Shown piece by piece: positions 59,076 to 64,000 of a stretch of DNA of 64,000 nt. The stretch comes from an uncultured Bacillota bacterium (GTDB lineage: Bacteria; Bacillota; Clostridia; Christensenellales; UBA1242). Numbering within the stretch: position 1 is the stretch's first letter; each line of letters begins with the position of its first letter. The notes under the pieces are model-generated. The model was given only the letters and a program-made list of their open reading frames with translations. It searched no databases and was not told the origin of the DNA. The DNA lies in NCBI GenBank assembly GCA_948465545.1, contig CAOJXO010000001.1:4150-68149 (forward strand). The letters run 5' to 3'. The translations under genes were made by a program, and so were the position numbers.

Positions 59076-62000
59076 CAACAAAATTAAAACACTCTTTTAT
59101 TGCCCTTTTGTGTATAATTTTTTGCATATTTCCAGCAGCTTTGATTTCAATAAACCTTTCGCCAAGCCAAACCGCTGACGCTGTTATCATTGGCCCGATT
59201 GTCGATCCGGGTGGAGTTATTGCACCTATACAACCGTCAGAGCCAGATTATGGACCAACAGCAAAAGAATGGGAAAACAGCACTGGTGTTCCAGCAGCAA
59301 AGCCAAACGCTGGCGGAAGTCTAAAATCCTACAAATCGTTATATGTGAAAAATGACAAATTTTTCAAAGTTTACAGCCCAGACAGAAGATATGGATCTGT
59401 TGTTAAGTATTTCAAAGTTGTAAGGACTGACGGACGTCCAATCTATGATGATGACGGAATCCTTGACGTTTCTTGGAACACCGCTGTCGCAGCAGACGAA
59501 GTTGTTGACTATGCAGCAAACTTATATATTCAAACTCAAATGGCCTACTACACTTGGAATGGCTTTTGTGGAACTGTCCTTTATGACAAGTTTGAAAGCG
59601 GAAGTTTTCCACTTCGTTGGAATACTGGAAACACCGTCAACGAGTCTGTGATTTTTGTTATGCCAGATGAAAATCTAAACAACTATGGTGCCGGTGCTTA
59701 CAAAAACAATGGAATAAATCCCGGATATGATTATTTTAAACTGACAGACATACACCGCTTTGATACACCTATGTTTTCCGTAAGCCTTAAAGGAAAAGGT
59801 TATTGGGAAAATTGTTTTTGGGGTGGCTGTTTTGACTATGTCAGTTTTGATGATAACTTGACAGGATATATTTCACGCGCAAATCGAAACTGGAAAAACA
59901 CACTTGAAGCAAGTGGAGTTGGCAGAGGTGGATATAATGGCGGACAAGCTTTTTACTCGCCAAAACCTTTCACTGCAATTGCAACAAACTTAAACAACTA
60001 TATCAAATACAATGGAGTGCAAGCAACCCCCGCTTCCGGAACTGATATTGTTCCTTATAAAGACGGACATCATATCAGCATTTCAAAAGAAGGAATAACA
60101 AAGATTGAAATCGAAAATGGTGCAGAAGGCTTATACACCCCATATTATTGCTTTGTTGACACAAAACTGCCCGACATCAGTTATTCATACCACAATGCCA
60201 ATGCGACTGAATTAAGACGTGTTGGTGCCATTACAACAACTGCAAGTGGCGCTAAACAACAATCAATCTATGAAGGCGTTTTCCGCGATCAAGTGCAAGT
60301 GAATTTTGGAACAACCGAAGGTGAATGTCCAGAAACCGCCACCTACAAATATAATGGTAAAACTTATGACCTTAAAAGTGGAACTTGGCTTTCACAAGAA
60401 GGAAGATATGAAATCACTGTCAGAGATTGGGCTGGAAACACAACAATAAGCACTTTTGATATTGATTGTTCGTATCCTACACTCAACAGCGAAAGACTTG
60501 CAAATGACAAAACATATAAAGTCTCTCGTTGGTGGTTGGTTGATGTTCCTTATGGCTACAAAGACTTTGGAACTTACTCTTTTGGCATACTGGATTGGGC
60601 GGAAGATTTCGCCATGCAAGCTGAAAGAAACACGCACGTCACAAATTATCACTTGGATAATATTGATGACTTTTACGACACACACTTAGTGGCAAGTGGA
60701 AACACCGTCAAAGTTGGAGACTATTGGTATTACAAATCAATAAACAATCCAAACTTGTTTGTCTATTATTTTGACGAAAACTCATTAAATGAAGCTTTAA
60801 GATTTTATTCTAAAAATTTTGTTTCAGCTGAACAAAAATATAAAATCAATTCAACTTTCTCGCCAAATAATTATGGCAACAAATTAGACGATTCCATGTA
60901 TCACAACATTATTTTCAAAAATCTCATGTCAGCCTACTATGCCAACAATTTTATTTTCCGATCTGACGATATAAATGACAGCTACGAAATTTATTACGAT
61001 TTTGCGGAAGATGATATTGAAGATTGGAAAGAATTGCAATATGGCAAAACTTTTGGAAGTCAAGCAAACATTCATGGCTTGTATTGCATAAAAGAAGTTG
61101 ACTTTGCAGGACATGAAATTTACTACTATGTTTTCTTGGATTTACAAACACCAATTATAGATTTTGAAGCAAAAATCTATGGAAAAGAAAAAACAATAAA
61201 ACAATCAATCTCTGTCAAAGATATTCCAGAAAATCACGAACTCATTTTCTATTATGAAACTTTCAAGATAACGAATGTTATGGAAGATGACAAGTGGTGG
61301 ATTATGGAAGTCAAAGATCCAAATGGTAAGATCGCAAGATACACCTACCTTGATGAACTGCCAGACTTTGACGGATACGATCCCGGTGAATATACAATCT
61401 CTGTCGCAGACAGATTGTCAAATGTTTTCACTTTCAAAGTTTGTTTACTTGGCAAAGCGCCAGAAGCAATCTTCACTGATATAAACGCTAAAATGCAATT
61501 GAAAATTGACATCAAGTGCAGCGAAGATTACAACTATGTTGATGTGCTTAAAATCTATCGAAATGGCGTTTGCTTAAACTCTGAACTTGGCTATGATGAA
61601 TTTCCAAATGACGACTCAAACTCTCTTATTTTTATCGACAAGAACACCCTATCCTACATCTTCAACAAAGGTGGAACTTATGTTGTTGAAATAACAGACA
61701 ACTTTGGTAGGGTTGTTTCCTACGAATATAAATTTGAGAAAGACTTGCCAATGGGCAATCTTATTGGAGTTGAACATAATGGACGCACAAATAGCGAAGT
61801 GAAATTCATTTACAACACAGACAAGTTTTATGTTGCGATTGAAAACAACGGAAAAGTTTTCTTGCCAGAAGAAGAAATTGACAAGAACTTAAAAACTCTT
61901 ACTTTCAATCCAATTGAAAACTCACAAAACAATTTTACGATCAAACTTATAGACCGATCTGATGATGAAAACTACAATATTTACTCTTTCACAATCAAAT

Positions 62001-63517
62001 CAATCAAACCTATTCTCAATCTTTTTGGAGTTGAAAATGGTGGAAAAACTGGTGGCACAGTTTACGCATTATGGGAAAACACTGATGAACAATACACCGC
62101 TTCATACAGCCATAATGGCAAAACACAAGAATACAAAAAAGGACAAATCCTTACAATTGACGGAAAGTATGAAATCACACTTTATGACGAAATAGGAAAT
62201 TTCACAACAGTAAATTTTGAAATAGACAAATCCATTGACTTTACAATCGCAGATGTCAACGGAAACACTTACTCACTTGAAGAAATTAAAATTATCAATT
62301 TTGATATAAGACTTATAGACCAAGAGCCACTTACAATTTCCATTACAAAAGACAAAAAAGATTTTGAGTATGAGTTTGGACTTATGATAACAGAAGAAGG
62401 ATATTATGAAGTTAGACTTATTGATGAGTTTAACAACTCAATCTTCTTCTCTTTCACGATTGACAAAACACCACCCGTTGCGACTTTATATGGCGTTGCC
62501 GAATATGGCAAAACAAACAAAAGTGCATGGGTGACTTCAACAGAAGCAAACCTTATTTGTTGGTATCTTATCAATGACGAATACAAAGATGTTTATCGTC
62601 TTGGACAAGAGCTTACTGAAAGCGGGAAATATTTAGTTTGCATTTCAGATCGAGCAAGCAATCTCATCACATTTGAATTTGAAATTGACCGATCAATTGC
62701 CTACGATATAAACACTTATCGTGGCGGAATTTCAAATGGCGGTGTTAGACTTGTTGCTTATGAAAATTTGAAAATCTATATGACAAAAGACAATCAATAT
62801 TTTGAATATGCTTTTGAGCAAATTCTTAATGACGAAGGCGAATATTCTTACACGATTTTTGATGATTTAGGAAACAAAGAAATTGGATTTTTCACAATCA
62901 TAAAAAAGAACAAACAAAACTTAAATCACATCCTACAAGAAGATATACAAATCAAAAACATTACAAAGAATGATGAAGATTTTGAATATGAACTTAAAGA
63001 CGGAAACCTTTATCTTTTTGATGAAGGCACTTACAATGTTGAAGTTGTAGACAACAAAACAAATAAAGAATATTCCTTTGTTATCACAATTGACACCACC
63101 CCACCGACACTTGAAATTACAGGCGTTGAAAATGGTGGAACAACCAAAAAGATTGTCACATTGAAAAACGTTTCCGAAACACCTTATGAACTTATCATCT
63201 TCGTTGACGGAGTAAAGTTTGAATATAAACTTGGAGACGAAATTGAAAAGTGTGGAAGATTTCAAATAACTCTACTTGACGAAGCTGGCAATAAAACCGA
63301 ATATTCTTTTGAAAGAGAATATTCTCTCAATGCAGCAAGCGTTGGAGTTATTGCAGGATTTGGAGTTTTAATTTTATTACTCATCATCTTGCTTGCGAAA
63401 TCAAGACATCACTATTACAAAGATGAAAACATTGAAGAAGAAATCACAGAAACCACTATCGAAGAAGATATTGGATCTGAAAATGATGAAAATGCCCAAA
63501 TTGATGAAAATCAATAG
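59072..63517 (+). CDS. large surface protein with Ig-like repeats (putative conjugation adhesin)
   Basis: signal peptide, repeated G.Y.I...D..GN....F.ID.T.P units, C-terminal TM and acidic tail; ATGA-coupled to VirD4. Confidence 0.75.
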   Translation: MTTKLKHSFIALLCIIFCIFPAALISINLSPSQTADAVIIGPIVDPGGVIAPIQPSEPDYGPTAKEWENSTGVPAAKPNAGGSLKSYKSLYVKNDKFFKVYSPDRRYGSVVKYFKVVRTDGRPIYDDDGILDVSWNTAVAADEVVDYAANLYIQTQMAYYTWNGFCGTVLYDKFESGSFPLRWNTGNTVNESVIFVMPDENLNNYGAGAYKNNGINPGYDYFKLTDIHRFDTPMFSVSLKGKGYWENCFWGGCFDYVSFDDNLTGYISRANRNWKNTLEASGVGRGGYNGGQAFYSPKPFTAIATNLNNYIKYNGVQATPASGTDIVPYKDGHHISISKEGITKIEIENGAEGLYTPYYCFVDTKLPDISYSYHNANATELRRVGAITTTASGAKQQSIYEGVFRDQVQVNFGTTEGECPETATYKYNGKTYDLKSGTWLSQEGRYEITVRDWAGNTTISTFDIDCSYPTLNSERLANDKTYKVSRWWLVDVPYGYKDFGTYSFGILDWAEDFAMQAERNTHVTNYHLDNIDDFYDTHLVASGNTVKVGDYWYYKSINNPNLFVYYFDENSLNEALRFYSKNFVSAEQKYKINSTFSPNNYGNKLDDSMYHNIIFKNLMSAYYANNFIFRSDDINDSYEIYYDFAEDDIEDWKELQYGKTFGSQANIHGLYCIKEVDFAGHEIYYYVFLDLQTPIIDFEAKIYGKEKTIKQSISVKDIPENHELIFYYETFKITNVMEDDKWWIMEVKDPNGKIARYTYLDELPDFDGYDPGEYTISVADRLSNVFTFKVCLLGKAPEAIFTDINAKMQLKIDIKCSEDYNYVDVLKIYRNGVCLNSELGYDEFPNDDSNSLIFIDKNTLSYIFNKGGTYVVEITDNFGRVVSYEYKFEKDLPMGNLIGVEHNGRTNSEVKFIYNTDKFYVAIENNGKVFLPEEEIDKNLKTLTFNPIENSQNNFTIKLIDRSDDENYNIYSFTIKSIKPILNLFGVENGGKTGGTVYALWENTDEQYTASYSHNGKTQEYKKGQILTIDGKYEITLYDEIGNFTTVNFEIDKSIDFTIADVNGNTYSLEEIKIINFDIRLIDQEPLTISITKDKKDFEYEFGLMITEEGYYEVRLIDEFNNSIFFSFTIDKTPPVATLYGVAEYGKTNKSAWVTSTEANLICWYLINDEYKDVYRLGQELTESGKYLVCISDRASNLITFEFEIDRSIAYDINTYRGGISNGGVRLVAYENLKIYMTKDNQYFEYAFEQILNDEGEYSYTIFDDLGNKEIGFFTIIKKNKQNLNHILQEDIQIKNITKNDEDFEYELKDGNLYLFDEGTYNVEVVDNKTNKEYSFVITIDTTPPTLEITGVENGGTTKKIVTLKNVSETPYELIIFVDGVKFEYKLGDEIEKCGRFQITLLDEAGNKTEYSFEREYSLNAASVGVIAGFGVLILLLIILLAKSRHHYYKDENIEEEITETTIEEDIGSENDENAQIDENQ

Positions 63518-63554
63518 GGATTTTATACAAATTTATAGCAAGCAGGATAAGAGC

Positions 63555-63691
63555 AGACTCAAAATCGCAAAGCCAACGCCTACAACCCCCTAAAATAAAG
63601 GGGTTTAGCTGCCTCAGCCTTAAAGGTGGGCTGATGCGATTTTGACTCATCTCTCTTTCCGAAAGCAAGTGTGAAACCCACTTCTTTTTTT
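63555..63691 (+). other. structured intergenic element upstream of the pilin
   Basis: 11 bp stem TCAAAATCGCA/TGCGATTTTGA enclosing AACCCC/GGGGTT and TCAGCC/GGCTGA hairpins, then an AAGTG/CACTT hairpin plus T run. Confidence 0.5.
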
Positions 63692-63753
63692 ATTGAAATA
63701 TAGGACTAAGCATAGAACGCAAAACAAATAAAAATTGGAGGAACTATTAAATT

Positions 63754-64000
63754 ATGAGTATGTTAGCAGCAATTGATTTCAACCCCGTTTTAGCACCGGT
63801 GTTGGAAGTTTTGAATGCAATCCTTTGGCCAGCAATCGGACTTGTCGGATCTATCGGAATGATTTATTGTATTATTCTTGGTGTTAAAGTTGCGAAAGCA
63901 GACGAGGCTGGATCGAGAGAAAAAGCCAAGAAAGATTTGATTGGCGCAATCATTGGATTTGTTGTCATCTTCGTTTTGATATTGGCACTCAAAATCGCTA
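63754..64000 (+). CDS. VirB2/TrbC-like conjugative pilin, 3' end outside window
   Basis: GGAGG RBS; MSMLAAIDFNPVL... with two hydrophobic helices separated by KADEAGSREKAKK. Confidence 0.75.
   Translation, partial: MSMLAAIDFNPVLAPVLEVLNAILWPAIGLVGSIGMIYCIILGVKVAKADEAGSREKAKKDLIGAIIGFVVIFVLILALKIA

Larger units (their letters stand above)
31517..64000. mobile_element. integrative conjugative element (partial), probably inserted in tRNA-Arg
   Basis: att-like tRNA half with adjacent TGCCGTTTTG/CAAAACGGCA inverted arm-like sites; relaxase, VirD4, pilin and LexA-like regulator; integrase not in window. Confidence 0.75.

Noticed and set aside
63560-63600. c-di-GMP-I riboswitch suggested by CGCAAAGCC
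   Set aside because: The upstream GGCAAA/GAAA-tetraloop stem is missing
105-63668. Many 60-220 aa ORFs antisense to or nested in larger genes
   Set aside because: Shadow frames of motif-supported genes, without RBS or domain signals

Overview
AT-rich bacterial DNA, probably from a gut Firmicutes/Clostridia-like organism (inferred from RBS/promoter style and gene families). It has four parts. (1) 1-13 kb is chromosome: an HD hydrolase, tRNA-Ser(GCT) with a 4 kb Sau3AI-like restriction-modification islet integrated at its 3' end, a MarR-DegV-Pr6Pr operon and a large M60-family glycopeptidase. (2) About 13-31.5 kb is an accessory/defence region: a nucleotidase/nucleoside hydrolase/HD trio, an IS21 element, a five-gene operon (Type III Mod, Res, C5 methylase, GHKL-ATPase/histidine-kinase fusion, receiver protein with a C-terminal HEPN-like RNxxAH motif), a Fic gene, further HEPN-like genes and a duplicated TTTTGATTTTGCGA motif array. 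(3) A tRNA-Arg(TCG) 3'-half at 31517-31560 marks the probable att boundary of an integrative conjugative element that runs off the right edge. Its cargo includes a frameshifted AddB-like gene, UvrD, a PAPS-reductase and a cysteine desulfurase (possible non-canonical DNA sulfur-modification system), plus a cluster of a divergent DIT1/PvcA-like synthase, kinases and oxidoreductases. (4) From 53 kb is the ICE backbone: LexA-like repressor, Com-like Zn finger with a terminator/antiterminator switch, sigma-like factor, MobL-type relaxase, VirD4, an Ig-repeat adhesin and a pilin. Best novel-system candidates are the kinase/REC-HEPN operon, the AddB/UvrD/PAPS/desulfurase module and the PvcA-like cluster. 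All family calls come from motifs read by eye, not database searches.
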